From contig JAGXTJ010000055.1 of the NCBI GenBank assembly GCA_018333655.1, positions 103,659 to 167,658 on the forward strand: DNA of 64,000 nucleotides, given 5' to 3'. The stretch is from Bacillota bacterium. GTDB taxonomy: Bacteria; Bacillota; UBA994. Shown piece after piece: positions 19,212-29,352 of the stretch. The notes under the pieces were generated by a model that was not told where the DNA came from, ran no database searches, and saw nothing but the letters and a program-made list of their open reading frames with translations. A program made the translations under genes and the position numbers. Numbering within the stretch: the first letter of the stretch is position 1; each line of letters begins with the position of its first letter.

Positions 19212-19905
19212 CCCGGTATCTCCTTTGCTGCATAAAAGTGAGCACCATGGCCACCACATAAGAAAAGGTCATGAGTATAAAGCTCAAGGCGAGGGCTAGG
19301 TCGAAGTTGCCGCGATTTACTTCGAGCACAATGGCTGTGCTCAAAATGCGCGTTTGCCCGCGGATATTTCCCCCCACGGCCATGGCCGCGCCAACTTCAG
19401 CAACCACAGCCCCAAAACCAGCCAGACAGGCCGCGATAATGCTAAGGTGCGATTCGCGAATTACGAGCCATAGTAGCTGCCAACGATTCGCCCCCATCCC
19501 GGATAGTTGCGCCGAAACAGCATCATCTACCTGCATCACCCCTGCCATGGTGAGAGCCGCCACCCGCGGCATGGCGATAACCACCTGTGCTATTACCAGA
19601 GCAGTGGGCGTGTACATGAGACCGAGAAAGCCGAGCGGCCCGCTGCGCCAGAGGAGCAAACTAACCCATAGGCCCACCACTACGGGCGGCAGGCCTAAGG
19701 TAGAATTCAGAAGGCTCTGCACCACCTTTCGTCCGGGGAAGGCGGATAGCCCCAGAAGTGTACCCAAGGGAATGCCTAAAAAAATGCTGACTAAGGTCGC
19801 CGTGCCGGTGACTTGTACCGTGAGCCAGGCAATTTGATAGAGCTCACGGTCACCATAGATCATCATTTCAAAAGCTTGTACGATCCCCTGCCAAATTAGC
19901 CCCAT
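19204..19905 (-). CDS. ABC transporter permease (ModB/TupB-like, binding-protein-dependent fold)
   Basis: It is a 233-aa 5-6 TM protein with an EAA-like loop. No substrate-binding protein gene is adjacent. Confidence 0.65.
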   Translation of the reverse strand: MGLIWQGIVQAFEMMIYGDRELYQIAWLTVQVTGTATLVSIFLGIPLGTLLGLSAFPGRKVVQSLLNSTLGLPPVVVGLWVSLLLWRSGPLGFLGLMYTPTALVIAQVVIAMPRVAALTMAGVMQVDDAVSAQLSGMGANRWQLLWLVIRESHLSIIAACLAGFGAVVAEVGAAMAVGGNIRGQTRILSTAIVLEVNRGNFDLALALSFILMTFSYVVAMVLTFMQQRRYRGA

Positions 19906-19948
19906 TGCCGCTCACCTCATCTCAATGCCCTGGGGAAAAGCAAAGCGC

Positions 19949-21163
19949 CTACTCTTGTGGCAGCAACTGATTTAGTAAGATCCCCACAATCGCCGCGAGG
20001 CCAATGCCTTCGAATTTTACGCCGCCCCCCAAGTTAAAGGCCGCGCCCCCTATCCCTAGGACAAAGATTACCGAACTGACGATAAGATTGCGGGACTTAG
20101 ACATATCAACTTTGTTTTCGACGACGGTTCTTACGCCGATAGCCGCAATCATGCCGAATAATATGATGGCGATGCCCCCCACAACCGCCGTAGGTATTGT
20201 GGATATAAAGCCGCCTATTTTTTGTACAAAGGCGATGCCGATAGCTAGTACGGCAGCCCAGCGCATAATGACAGGATGCCAGACACGGGTCAAGGCCAAG
20301 ACTCCAGTGTTCTCAGAGTAGGTCGTATTCGCTGGCCCGCCAAAAAAGCCCGCAATGGCTGTGGCTATGCCGTCACCGATAAGGGTGCGATGGAGCCCTG
20401 GGTCTTTAACAAAGTCATTTTCGACTGTCGTGCCCACAGCCATAATGTCCCCAAAATGCTCTACCGCAGTGGCAATCGCAATGGGTGCCATAATGGCAAT
20501 GGCAGCTAGGTTAAAGGTCGGCCAAGTGAAAGGGGGTACGGCCAACCAGGCTGCCTCTTGTATGGGTGTAAAGTCGACTAGACCAAAGACAAGAGCCGCG
20601 AGATACCCTCCCGCCAAGCCAAAGAGGACAGGTACCATTTTGAAGAAACCCTTAAAAAACATCGACACAGAGACGACTATAGAAAGAGAGAAAATAGCAA
20701 GACCCCAGTTCCCTGTCGACATTTTAATGGCCACGGGTGCTAGACTAAGACCGATAACGGCGATGACCGGGCCGATAACTATAGGTGGAAAGAGACGATG
20801 AAGAATACCTGGGCCCACAAAGTAGACGAGCGCGGCCACGCCCAAGTAGACAAGCCCTGCCGCTATAATACCACCTTGTGCCGCTCCCAGCCCATGCTCC
20901 TTAATGACTAACTGCAGCGCTGCGATGAAGGCAAAAGAACTACCGAGAAAGACCGGCACTTTGCCCTTCGTAACCCAATGAAAGAAGAGCGTCCCCACCC
21001 CAGCGGTAAAGAGGGCGACTGAGATATTGAGACCGGTGAGTATAGGCACGAGCACGGTGGCGCCGAACATGGTAAAGAGATGCTGCAAGCCAAAAACGAG
21101 TTGTTTGTTTAAAGAAATCTCGTCTCCCGCACGTATGGCGGGTTCTCTCTGTAGGTCTGACAT
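19949..21163 (-). CDS. NCS2-family nucleobase permease, UraA/PyrP (uracil permease)-like
   Basis: LQHLFTMFGATVLVPIL and GKVPVFLGSSFAFI closely match the E. coli UraA motifs LQHLFAMFGATVLVPVL and GKIPAYLGSSFAFI. Confidence 0.75.
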   Translation of the reverse strand: MSDLQREPAIRAGDEISLNKQLVFGLQHLFTMFGATVLVPILTGLNISVALFTAGVGTLFFHWVTKGKVPVFLGSSFAFIAALQLVIKEHGLGAAQGGIIAAGLVYLGVAALVYFVGPGILHRLFPPIVIGPVIAVIGLSLAPVAIKMSTGNWGLAIFSLSIVVSVSMFFKGFFKMVPVLFGLAGGYLAALVFGLVDFTPIQEAAWLAVPPFTWPTFNLAAIAIMAPIAIATAVEHFGDIMAVGTTVENDFVKDPGLHRTLIGDGIATAIAGFFGGPANTTYSENTGVLALTRVWHPVIMRWAAVLAIGIAFVQKIGGFISTIPTAVVGGIAIILFGMIAAIGVRTVVENKVDMSKSRNLIVSSVIFVLGIGGAAFNLGGGVKFEGIGLAAIVGILLNQLLPQE

Positions 21164-21223
21164 CAGTAATTCACCCTTTCTCTTGGTATATCTCCGTTCG
21201 CGCCAGGCAGCTAATCTCTCACC

Positions 21224-23593
21224 CTATCCCCCCACCTCATGGTCCAGTGGCTCTATGCCGACTAACATAGTATCATGTACTGGTCTTAATTTCTCTAGTT
21301 CTTTAAGAGCCGCGAGAATTTTCTCTGGTGTGATCGGCAAGTCTGTAATGCGCACCCCAACGGCGGCATAAACGGCATTGGCGATAGCGGGTGCGGTAGG
21401 CACCATGGTGTGCTCGCCAAAACCACGCGCCCCGTAAGGGCCATCCTCAAGCGGTGTTTCCACAAAACTTACGAGCATCTCTGGTACTTCCGCTGCGGTG
21501 ACGATCTTGTAATCCACAAAAGATGGGTTCTGTACGCGCCCCCCATGCATTCTTAGTTCTTCATAGAGCGCGACACTAATCCCCTGCATGATACCGCCCT
21601 CCACCTGCCCGAGCGCCAGCAAGGGGTTTAGCACAAAGCCGGTGTCGTAAACGGCGGCCACGCGCAGAACATCCACCTTGCCTGTCTCTACATCTACCGC
21701 TACTTCTGCCGCTTGTGCGCCAAAAGTCCAGTGTGACGTAACCTTAGGCGTCTGCCCTGTGGCGGGGTCCATGCCATGTATGCCATCGGGTATAAAGTAG
21801 CCCGTCCCCATAATGGGGCCGCCTAGGCCTGCACCACTTGGCAAAGATAACCCTAAAGACAATTCCTTAACACTAGTCTTCGCGCCCTCGCCGCTTCGAC
21901 GTGCGATAGCACCCTTGGCTATCGTCAGCTCCTCAGGCAGTGCACCGAGCTTCTCTGCCGCCAACGCCAGGAGCTTATGCCTAGCCTCTGCTGCGGCACG
22001 GCGCACGGCATTCCCCGTGGAGTAGGTAATCCTGCTGGCCACAGTCTGCCATTCATAGGGACAGTAATCTGTATCGGGCGCATTTACATGCACCATGTCC
22101 GGAGTAATGCCCAGCTCTTCAGCCACAATTTGCGCCATCACCGTCTGCATGCCTTGGCCTATTTCGGTCGCACTAAGCGATAAGTTGACACTGCCGTCCT
22201 CGTTAACTTTCAGAAACGCGGCTGAGGCGGCTGTCCCCGGTGTTGAGGGCCCTTTGACCATGCAGGCAATACCCTTGCCACGATGTTTTTCTATGGGCGG
22301 CGTATCCATTCCAATAAGGCGGGCCGTTTCGGCAATGCATTTATCTAGACCGATGTCTCTGAGCACTTCACCTGTAGCATTGGTCGTGCCATCGCGAGCC
22401 GCATTGAGCTCCCTAATGGCCACGGGGTCCATGCCAAGCTTGTTGGCAATCATGTCAATCTGCTGCTCTAAGGCCCAATGCAATTCTCCCATGCCAAAAC
22501 CGCGAAAAGGGCCACCCACAGGCGAATTAGTGTAGATGCAGTACGAATCTGTTTTTACATGGGTGATGTCGTAGGGGCCAGCCGACGAATAAGCCGCCGC
22601 CCGGACTATGTTGACGCCGTACTCCGTGTAGGCGCCACCGTCCCAAAGAAGTTCTGCCTCTTGCGCCAGTAGGCGCCCGGCCTTGGAGTAGCCCGTCTTT
22701 ATTCTGGCTTTAAGGCCCTGCCTGACAGAGGTGCCAAAAAACACTTCTTCCCTGTCCAAGATCAACCGGACAGGGTACGGCGCCGCACGAATGGCCAAAG
22801 CAATAACTATCCCTTCAAGGCCAATGCCCGCTTTACCGCCGAAACCTCCCCCCACCTCTGGGGTGATCACGCGTATACGTCCTTCTGGCAGGCCAAAAGC
22901 GACCGCCGCCAACTTGCGCACAGCATTAGGCGACTGGCAGCTGCTCCAAACGGTAATCTTGCCTGTCATATCCATCTGTGCCACCGAGCCGTGCGGCTCA
23001 ATGGGCACATGCTGCATCTGCGGCACATGATAGCTGTGCTCAAAAACAAAATCGCTCAAACGAAAACCATCTTCAACACTGCCTTTTCTCACCTTGGCAT
23101 GGTTGGCGATATTCGTATGAGCGACCGGAAAGAAGACATTGGGGATGTAGGAGTACTCGTGCAAGTTTTCATGCACCAGGGGGGCGTTACTAGCTAGCGC
23201 TGTTTGTAGGTCGAGTACAGGGGGTAGCAGCTCATACTCGACTAGGATAAGCTTTACGGCCTGCTCGGCTAGGCGCAGGCTTGTCGCCGCTACTGCCGCC
23301 ACAGGCTCGCCCACAAAACGCACTTTGTCCACTGCAAAAATAGGGCGATCCACGAGGTACAGACCTAATTTTTGCGGGCACTCCCGCCCAGAAAGCACGG
23401 CCTGCACGCCTGGCAGACTCTCTGCCTGGCTGAGATCAATCTTAACTAGGCGCGCATGTGGGTGTGGGCTCCTAAGCACTTTCACATATAGCATATTAGG
23501 CAACTTAAGGTCGGCGATGTATTTCGCGGCACCTAAAGCCTTGGCCGGGCCATCAATACGGGGATGACTCTTACCGACATAGGACCTCTCCAT
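21224..23593 (-). CDS. Molybdenum hydroxylase large (molybdopterin-binding) subunit, xanthine dehydrogenase family
   Basis: It is 789 aa with Ald_Xan_dh_C / C2 domain architecture, and sits in an operon with the 2Fe-2S and FAD subunits. Confidence 0.85.
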   Translation of the reverse strand: MERSYVGKSHPRIDGPAKALGAAKYIADLKLPNMLYVKVLRSPHPHARLVKIDLSQAESLPGVQAVLSGRECPQKLGLYLVDRPIFAVDKVRFVGEPVAAVAATSLRLAEQAVKLILVEYELLPPVLDLQTALASNAPLVHENLHEYSYIPNVFFPVAHTNIANHAKVRKGSVEDGFRLSDFVFEHSYHVPQMQHVPIEPHGSVAQMDMTGKITVWSSCQSPNAVRKLAAVAFGLPEGRIRVITPEVGGGFGGKAGIGLEGIVIALAIRAAPYPVRLILDREEVFFGTSVRQGLKARIKTGYSKAGRLLAQEAELLWDGGAYTEYGVNIVRAAAYSSAGPYDITHVKTDSYCIYTNSPVGGPFRGFGMGELHWALEQQIDMIANKLGMDPVAIRELNAARDGTTNATGEVLRDIGLDKCIAETARLIGMDTPPIEKHRGKGIACMVKGPSTPGTAASAAFLKVNEDGSVNLSLSATEIGQGMQTVMAQIVAEELGITPDMVHVNAPDTDYCPYEWQTVASRITYSTGNAVRRAAAEARHKLLALAAEKLGALPEELTIAKGAIARRSGEGAKTSVKELSLGLSLPSGAGLGGPIMGTGYFIPDGIHGMDPATGQTPKVTSHWTFGAQAAEVAVDVETGKVDVLRVAAVYDTGFVLNPLLALGQVEGGIMQGISVALYEELRMHGGRVQNPSFVDYKIVTAAEVPEMLVSFVETPLEDGPYGARGFGEHTMVPTAPAIANAVYAAVGVRITDLPITPEKILAALKELEKLRPVHDTMLVGIEPLDHEVGG

Positions 23594-23619
23594 GCTGACC
23601 CCTCCGCTCTGTTGTGTGG

Positions 23620-24087
23620 TTAATTATCTTTGGCGCAGGCTTTACTCACTGCCACCACAATGCGTTCGTAGCCTGTACAGCGACAGAGATTGCCACTTAA
23701 GCCGTCTCTTATTTCTTGCACCGTAGGTGCTTTCTGACGCGCGAGCAAAGCTTTAGCCGAAAGTAACATGCCGGGCGTACAGAAACCGCACTGTATGGCG
23801 CCTTCATCGATAAACGCTTGCTGCAGTCTATCTAGCTCCAAGTGATTCGAGAGCCCCTCAACCGTCACCACGCTTTTTCCCATAACCTCAAGCGCCAGGA
23901 CAAGACACGAGTTCACGCTCTCGCCATCAAGAAGTACGGTGCAAGCCCCGCACTCCCCACCCCCGCACCCTTCTTTGGTGCCGGTGAGATCAAGGTCATC
24001 CCGCAGCACATCCAAGAGTCGGGCAAAAGGCTCGACCATAAGCCCTACAGCTCGCCCATTCAGCGTGAAACTAAGTTGTCTCTTCAC
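23620..24087 (-). CDS. Molybdenum hydroxylase [2Fe-2S] small subunit
   Basis: It has CGGGECGAC and CGFCTPG motifs in a 155-aa protein. Confidence 0.85.
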   Translation of the reverse strand: MKRQLSFTLNGRAVGLMVEPFARLLDVLRDDLDLTGTKEGCGGGECGACTVLLDGESVNSCLVLALEVMGKSVVTVEGLSNHLELDRLQQAFIDEGAIQCGFCTPGMLLSAKALLARQKAPTVQEIRDGLSGNLCRCTGYERIVVAVSKACAKDN

Positions 24088-24964
24088 TCGACATGCCTCC
24101 GTTTTCTCGCGGTGAACAAAGCGACAAAAGCTCCCTAAGTGCGCGCCCCGTTTGCACGGCCACTAAGTGGCGACGGTATTCTGCCGTGGCACGTAAATCA
24201 GTTATCGGCGATGCCGCGGCCACTACTTGGGACACGACTATTTCTAGGTCTTCCTTCGTCCAGACGGCCTGTGGCCTTATCTCTTCCACCGCCAGCACGC
24301 GCAAAGGTTTTGGCGCAACAGCGCCTAGGGCGACGCTGATCCTCCTGCCTGGCAGTAGTAGCATGGCGACCCCTACTTGGGCTAGGTCGACGGCCTTAGT
24401 GCGCGCTGTCTTAATATATACACTGACCGCTCTCTCATCTAAGAAAGGCAGTTCAATGCTCTTAACGATTTCACCCTGCTTAAGAACAGTTTTGCCCGGT
24501 CCAAGGAAGAAGTCACACAGGGGCACACTCCGCTCTCCAATAGCGCCTACTATGGACAAAGCTGCTCCCAAGATGAGCAAGGCGGGCACAGTGTCAGCCG
24601 CAGGGGAGGCATTACATATATTACCCCCTAGACTGGCCCGATTTCTGATTTGGTAGCTGCCTACAGAATGAACGGCCTGTCGCAAAGCCTGAAACCCTAG
24701 TCTATCTGGCAGAAATCGCTCAATCTCATTAAGGGGGGTAGCGGCACCAATACTGATTCCCCCGTCGCTATTCGCGCCTATTGCTCGTGACCCAGGTAGA
24801 TGCTTGATGTCAACGAGGTATTCCGGCTTAAGATGCCCCTCGCGACAGCGGACTAAGATATCTGTTCCTCCGGCATAAACCTTCGCTGTGTACGGGTTAG
24901 AGGCGAGAAAATTACAAGCTTCAGCCCATGAGTTCGGCACCAGGTACTCAAATTCATTCCACAT
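24071..24964 (-). CDS. Molybdenum hydroxylase FAD-binding medium subunit (CoxM/XdhB-like)
   Basis: It is a 297-aa FAD_binding_5-type protein (…AGGTDILV…) whose 3' end overlaps the 2Fe-2S gene. Confidence 0.8.
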   Translation of the reverse strand: MWNEFEYLVPNSWAEACNFLASNPYTAKVYAGGTDILVRCREGHLKPEYLVDIKHLPGSRAIGANSDGGISIGAATPLNEIERFLPDRLGFQALRQAVHSVGSYQIRNRASLGGNICNASPAADTVPALLILGAALSIVGAIGERSVPLCDFFLGPGKTVLKQGEIVKSIELPFLDERAVSVYIKTARTKAVDLAQVGVAMLLLPGRRISVALGAVAPKPLRVLAVEEIRPQAVWTKEDLEIVVSQVVAAASPITDLRATAEYRRHLVAVQTGRALRELLSLCSPRENGGMSSEETT

Positions 24965-24968
24965 GCGC

Positions 24969-25889
24969 TCACTCCTTACGCACGGGCTTAAAGGGGCTTG
25001 GGGCCTTAACTAAAATGCCCTGGTAACTCAGGATATTTCGGTCCTCCAGATGATTAAAGAGCATGGGGGAGTCTATGCCATAGCTCGCATACTGCAGAGG
25101 GTCCGGGTCAAGCTCCGCGTAGAGCAATTCTTCTTGTGTTCGCGCCTGTGCTAAGCGCTCGGCTATGGGGCTGACTATCATGCTATTGCCAAAGTAATGT
25201 ACATTTCCGGCATCTGTTCCCACCGCATTGACGGCGATGACATAGACATGGTTGTCGTAGGCGCGTGCGGTCGTGGTTAAATTCCAGATGTCGAAGCTGC
25301 GCAAAAAGGCAGAGGGTCTGACAATAATTTCGGCGCCCTGCATGGCCAACACTCGCGATAACTCCGGAAAGTCGCCATCGTAGCAGATAATCATGCCCAC
25401 TTTGCCGAAGAGAGTGTCATAGACCTTAGCTTCGGTGCCTGCTGTCGTCCACCCACCGCGCTCCACCTGCTCGCCGGGGAAAGGATGCGTTTTGCGGTAG
25501 ACACCCACTACTGCGCCTTGTGGGTCGATAAGCGCTGCCGAATTATAGACCACCCCGCGCTCCTGCCCACGCTCATAAGTAGGAAAGACTACATAGACCC
25601 CTAGGCGCTTGGCAGCGCTACATATGGGGTCGGTAAGTCGACCGGGGATGAAATCTACTCTATCCCACAAGTCTTCGGCAGACATCGCCGGCATAAAACC
25701 GGTGGTGACAGACTCGGGGAAGACGATTAGCTCTGCCCCCGTCTTAGCCACTGCTTTATCCATCCACGCCACAACCTTGTTTAGGCTACCCGGTATGTCA
25801 TTAGGCAGGGGGGCTATTTGCACCCCTGCGACTTTCACCCTACGCACCAAACATCTCCCCCTCAGATGCCAGACTATGGGTGCACCCAC
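24969..25889 (-). CDS. Carbon-nitrogen hydrolase (nitrilase superfamily) amidohydrolase
   Basis: The catalytic triad context is FPE…YRKTHPF…ICYDGDFPE. It is the first gene of the hydroxylase operon. Confidence 0.8.
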   Translation of the reverse strand: MGAPIVWHLRGRCLVRRVKVAGVQIAPLPNDIPGSLNKVVAWMDKAVAKTGAELIVFPESVTTGFMPAMSAEDLWDRVDFIPGRLTDPICSAAKRLGVYVVFPTYERGQERGVVYNSAALIDPQGAVVGVYRKTHPFPGEQVERGGWTTAGTEAKVYDTLFGKVGMIICYDGDFPELSRVLAMQGAEIIVRPSAFLRSFDIWNLTTTARAYDNHVYVIAVNAVGTDAGNVHYFGNSMIVSPIAERLAQARTQEELLYAELDPDPLQYASYGIDSPMLFNHLEDRNILSYQGILVKAPSPFKPVRKE

Positions 25890-26085
25890 AGGCCAGCACA
25901 GAATGCTCCCCTAATCTATGTCAATTATTAATAATTAATTCGCCCCACAGGCTTGCAATCCTCTGTGATGGAGACCAAAAATTCTTAATTCGCGCAACTT
26001 TGCTCGGCCAAACTTATCTCTTGCGCAATCTGGTGGCTAGTGTCACAATACTCTTGAAAAAGACTTTAAGGGGAGGGGATTTGCC

Positions 26086-26874
26086 ATGCTAAACAATTGG
26101 AACCAAGTCAAAATGTACGACCTCACGCAGCCGCTCAGTCACCTCACTCCAGCCTGGCCCACCTACGAGCCACTGCAGATTAAATTCTTTAAGCGCCTCT
26201 GCCCAAACGGCGCTAACGGCCAAATCATTACCACGAGCAACCATGTCGGCACACACCTAGACGGCTCCCTGCATTTTTGTACGAACGGTCGTGACATCGC
26301 CTCTATTCCCCTGACCGATTTAATCGGCCCCGGCGTGGTCGTCGATTTAAGCGACATGGCCGAAGACTATGGTCTCTATACGTCGAAGGACATTACTGAC
26401 CGCGTGGAGGTCAAAGAAGGCGACATCTTACTTATACATACGGGCTATATAAAATACTCCTGGGACCAGCCAGGAGCAGATGAAGTGCGGTACATGGTAA
26501 AGCACCCTGGGCCAACGCGCGAATTCGCCGCTTGGTGCCGCAAAATGAAACTGAAGTGGATCGGTGTTGACTGCGGCAGCGCCGACCACCCCATGAACAC
26601 CAAGATTCGCGAATGGGCTCCCCGCGAGGCCAAAGAAGCCGACCTTTACTTAAGACGCAAGTACGGACGCTCGCTCGAAGAAACTTTCCCCGGGGAAGAC
26701 TACCAGCTCATGCACCTTGACCTCTTCCCGGACGACATTATCCACGCCGAGAACGTCGGCGGTGAGCTAAGCAAAATATTAAATCGTCGCCTTATTATTG
26801 GCTGCTTCCCCTGGCGTCTCGTGGGCGGTGAGTCTTCTATCTGCCGCATCGTCGCCTTTGATGCCCCCGAGTAG
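26086..26874 (+). CDS. Cyclase-family (kynurenine formamidase / isatin hydrolase-like) metal-dependent hydrolase
   Basis: It is a 262-aa protein with HxGTHxD…H motifs (SNHVGTHLDGSLHF). It is transcribed divergently from the hydroxylase operon. Confidence 0.65.
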   Translation: MLNNWNQVKMYDLTQPLSHLTPAWPTYEPLQIKFFKRLCPNGANGQIITTSNHVGTHLDGSLHFCTNGRDIASIPLTDLIGPGVVVDLSDMAEDYGLYTSKDITDRVEVKEGDILLIHTGYIKYSWDQPGADEVRYMVKHPGPTREFAAWCRKMKLKWIGVDCGSADHPMNTKIREWAPREAKEADLYLRRKYGRSLEETFPGEDYQLMHLDLFPDDIIHAENVGGELSKILNRRLIIGCFPWRLVGGESSICRIVAFDAPE

Positions 26875-26901
26875 TAGCCTTTGATTCACTTTAGAGGAAG
26901 C

Positions 26902-27921
26902 CTACTTGCCGAAAGGGCAGACAGGGTAGCGACATACTTCGCAAGCAAGGCACAGTCCCCCATGCCCTAGGGCGACGAAATCGTCGCGGCTCACTCGCTC
27001 GCCGGCTAAGAGGCGCGGTAGAACCAGGTCAAGTATGGTCGTGGCACAGTACATAACGCAGCCCGGCAGACCAACAATGGGCACATCGCCTAGGTAGGCC
27101 AAAAGAAACATGGAGCCAGGCAAGACCGGCGCACCGTAGGAGACAAGCTCTGCCCCTGCTAGAGAGATTCCTCTCGGCGTGACATCGTCGGGGTCTACCG
27201 ACATGCCTCCACTCACCGCTACTATCTCTGCCCCCTCGTGGAGCAGGGATAGTATTTTTTTCGCTATTATCTCGCTATCATCTGGCACAATGATTTGGGG
27301 CAGCATGGGGCAATCGAAGGCCGCCATCTTGGCCGCCATAACTGGACCGAACTTGTCGGCAATGCGCCCATGGTAGACTTCATTGCCGGTGGTAATAAGA
27401 CCTACTGTTTTTCGCAGCAAGGGCTTAGTCCATAGCACTGGGCCCTGGCGAGAGCACAGCTCTTCGACTTGGGCAATGCGCGCTAGGGGAATAACCAAGG
27501 GTATGACGCGCGTTCCCGCTAGCACCGTCCCCGCCTGAACTACTTGGTTACTATGGCGTGTAGCGACAATGACCTCGGGCACGGAGTTAACACTGTGCAA
27601 GGCGGGCACATTGACTTTTAGTAAGGAGCGCTCGCGCGCTAAGAAGTTAATCTTTCCTTCGGAGGCGCCCGTCAAGGTTATCCCTTCCCCTGCACAAGCC
27701 ATGGCAATGCGCCGCGCCGCTTCATTCTCATGCAACAGCCCTACTTCCTCGCGCCAGACAAAAATATGCTCTTTGCCCAGATCCTGCAGCAGGGGTATGT
27801 CTTCAGCCCTCACTTGATGGCCCTTCTTAAAAGCCACCCCCTTAAATTCGCCGGGCACTATTCTCGTAATGTCATGGGCGAGGATAGCCCCCACCGCGTC
27901 CTGCACTCTAATCTTTTGCAT
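26902..27921 (-). CDS. Molybdopterin-binding (MogA/MoeA MoCF_biosynth-like) domain protein
   Basis: GLITTGNEV…VSGGMSVDPDDVT resembles the MoCF domain. The C-terminus is Cys-rich, and it is the last gene of the maturation operon. Confidence 0.5.
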   Translation of the reverse strand: MQKIRVQDAVGAILAHDITRIVPGEFKGVAFKKGHQVRAEDIPLLQDLGKEHIFVWREEVGLLHENEAARRIAMACAGEGITLTGASEGKINFLARERSLLKVNVPALHSVNSVPEVIVATRHSNQVVQAGTVLAGTRVIPLVIPLARIAQVEELCSRQGPVLWTKPLLRKTVGLITTGNEVYHGRIADKFGPVMAAKMAAFDCPMLPQIIVPDDSEIIAKKILSLLHEGAEIVAVSGGMSVDPDDVTPRGISLAGAELVSYGAPVLPGSMFLLAYLGDVPIVGLPGCVMYCATTILDLVLPRLLAGERVSRDDFVALGHGGLCLACEVCRYPVCPFGK

Positions 27922-27948
27922 GCTTGCCGCCTCCCTAGCTCACAGCAC

Positions 27949-29331
27949 CTATAGCCCATTCTCGACTAATTTCACGTAGTCCTCTCGGCAATCAACGTCC
28001 TCTATCACAGCCTTATCGTCCACCGCCACCCCAAACAGGCGCTCACTATGGCGGCTCATCACTTCTTTACCGCCTGTATCGCCCTGCAGAAGGCGCAGCT
28101 CGCCATAGAGATCGGGGGGAAAGATGACGGGGTTGCCACGCCTTCCGTCAAAGAGAGGGTAGACAATAGCCCTCTCCTGCGACCAATATTCGCTTAGCAA
28201 GGTATCCACCGTGCTCCATCTCAGGCCGGGCTGATCACCTAGTGCAAATAAGACCCCGCAACGAGGACTAGTGATGTCGCTTTCTATGTGGGCTAGCGCG
28301 GCACGCACCGAGAGACCTAGGCCAGAGCGGTACTCCCTATTGTCGACTACCTCCACGGGTAGACCAAGTAGCGCATTGCGCACTTCCTCACCGCGATGGC
28401 CCACCACCACTAGCACCCTGCCCAAAGAAGACCAGAGCAGCGCTTCCACACTATGCCGCACTAAGGGCTTGCCTTGCCAGGGCAAGAGTAGCTTTTCTCC
28501 GTTTAAGCGACTCGATAAACCAGCGGCCAAGACCACACCTACCACCGCAGTCTCCGGGGGCCACACTTCCTCTACGGGGCGAGGAGCACGCGCCTCACCA
28601 ATGGCGACAGATAACGGAGCCAGGTAGCGCGCCACCAGCCGACCATCTTTCAGCAAATCATTGGCTGCCTCTGTCTGCATGGCACCCGTGTTAAGCCAAA
28701 CAAGATGTCGTGCCGAGGGGGCTTGCCCTTTAGCCAAAGAGACAGCTCGCTCAACTACCTGGGCCAGCACTAGGGGTGTTAGCCGCTCGCCTAGCGCTGC
28801 ACCAATTAGTTCTGCCACGACTTCAGGGCGGTGCACCACAGCGGCGTCGAGCGGTTTTCGCAGAGCCAGAAGGGAGGCCACCGTGACAACTAGAGTGGCG
28901 CTTGGCGGTACGACAGGTTCGTGAGGAAGGTGCCCCTTAAGAAGCCTGCCTGCGGCGCCGTCTGCTTCAACCAGTATCACGCACTGCGGAAAAGCACTCT
29001 GTAGCCGAGCAACCCAAGCACTGGGGATGCCAAAGAGCTTCTGCTCATGGTCCTGCCCTGCCCCGAGGACCACGATATTCTTGTCTAGCCACTTCGCTTG
29101 TAGCCCTGCGACAGCATCCTCTATGGTAGTCGCCAAGATAGTGGCGTCGGCAAAAGTGCCCTCCGGAAAGGTGCGGTCAGGATGATACATTTTAGTCGTA
29201 GTGGTTACAAGGACCGGGCCCTGGCTGGCTAGCTCACTAGCCAGTCGAAACATCAGGGTGGTCTTGCCGCCGGCACCTATAAAGGCGACAATGTCGCCCT
29301 GCTCTACTCGCATACTTTGCCTAATATTCAC
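27949..29331 (-). CDS. Fusion of a YqeC-like selenium-dependent hydroxylase accessory protein (P-loop GAGGKTT) and a MocA/MobA-like molybdenum cofactor nucleotidyltransferase
   Basis: The N-terminus has a P-loop (IVAFIGAGGKTTLMFRLA), and the C-terminus has an LAAGLSSRLNG… NTP-transferase domain. Confidence 0.65.
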   Translation of the reverse strand: MNIRQSMRVEQGDIVAFIGAGGKTTLMFRLASELASQGPVLVTTTTKMYHPDRTFPEGTFADATILATTIEDAVAGLQAKWLDKNIVVLGAGQDHEQKLFGIPSAWVARLQSAFPQCVILVEADGAAGRLLKGHLPHEPVVPPSATLVVTVASLLALRKPLDAAVVHRPEVVAELIGAALGERLTPLVLAQVVERAVSLAKGQAPSARHLVWLNTGAMQTEAANDLLKDGRLVARYLAPLSVAIGEARAPRPVEEVWPPETAVVGVVLAAGLSSRLNGEKLLLPWQGKPLVRHSVEALLWSSLGRVLVVVGHRGEEVRNALLGLPVEVVDNREYRSGLGLSVRAALAHIESDITSPRCGVLFALGDQPGLRWSTVDTLLSEYWSQERAIVYPLFDGRRGNPVIFPPDLYGELRLLQGDTGGKEVMSRHSERLFGVAVDDKAVIEDVDCREDYVKLVENGL

Positions 29332-29352
29332 CTTGGCACCGCCTTTAGGCCC

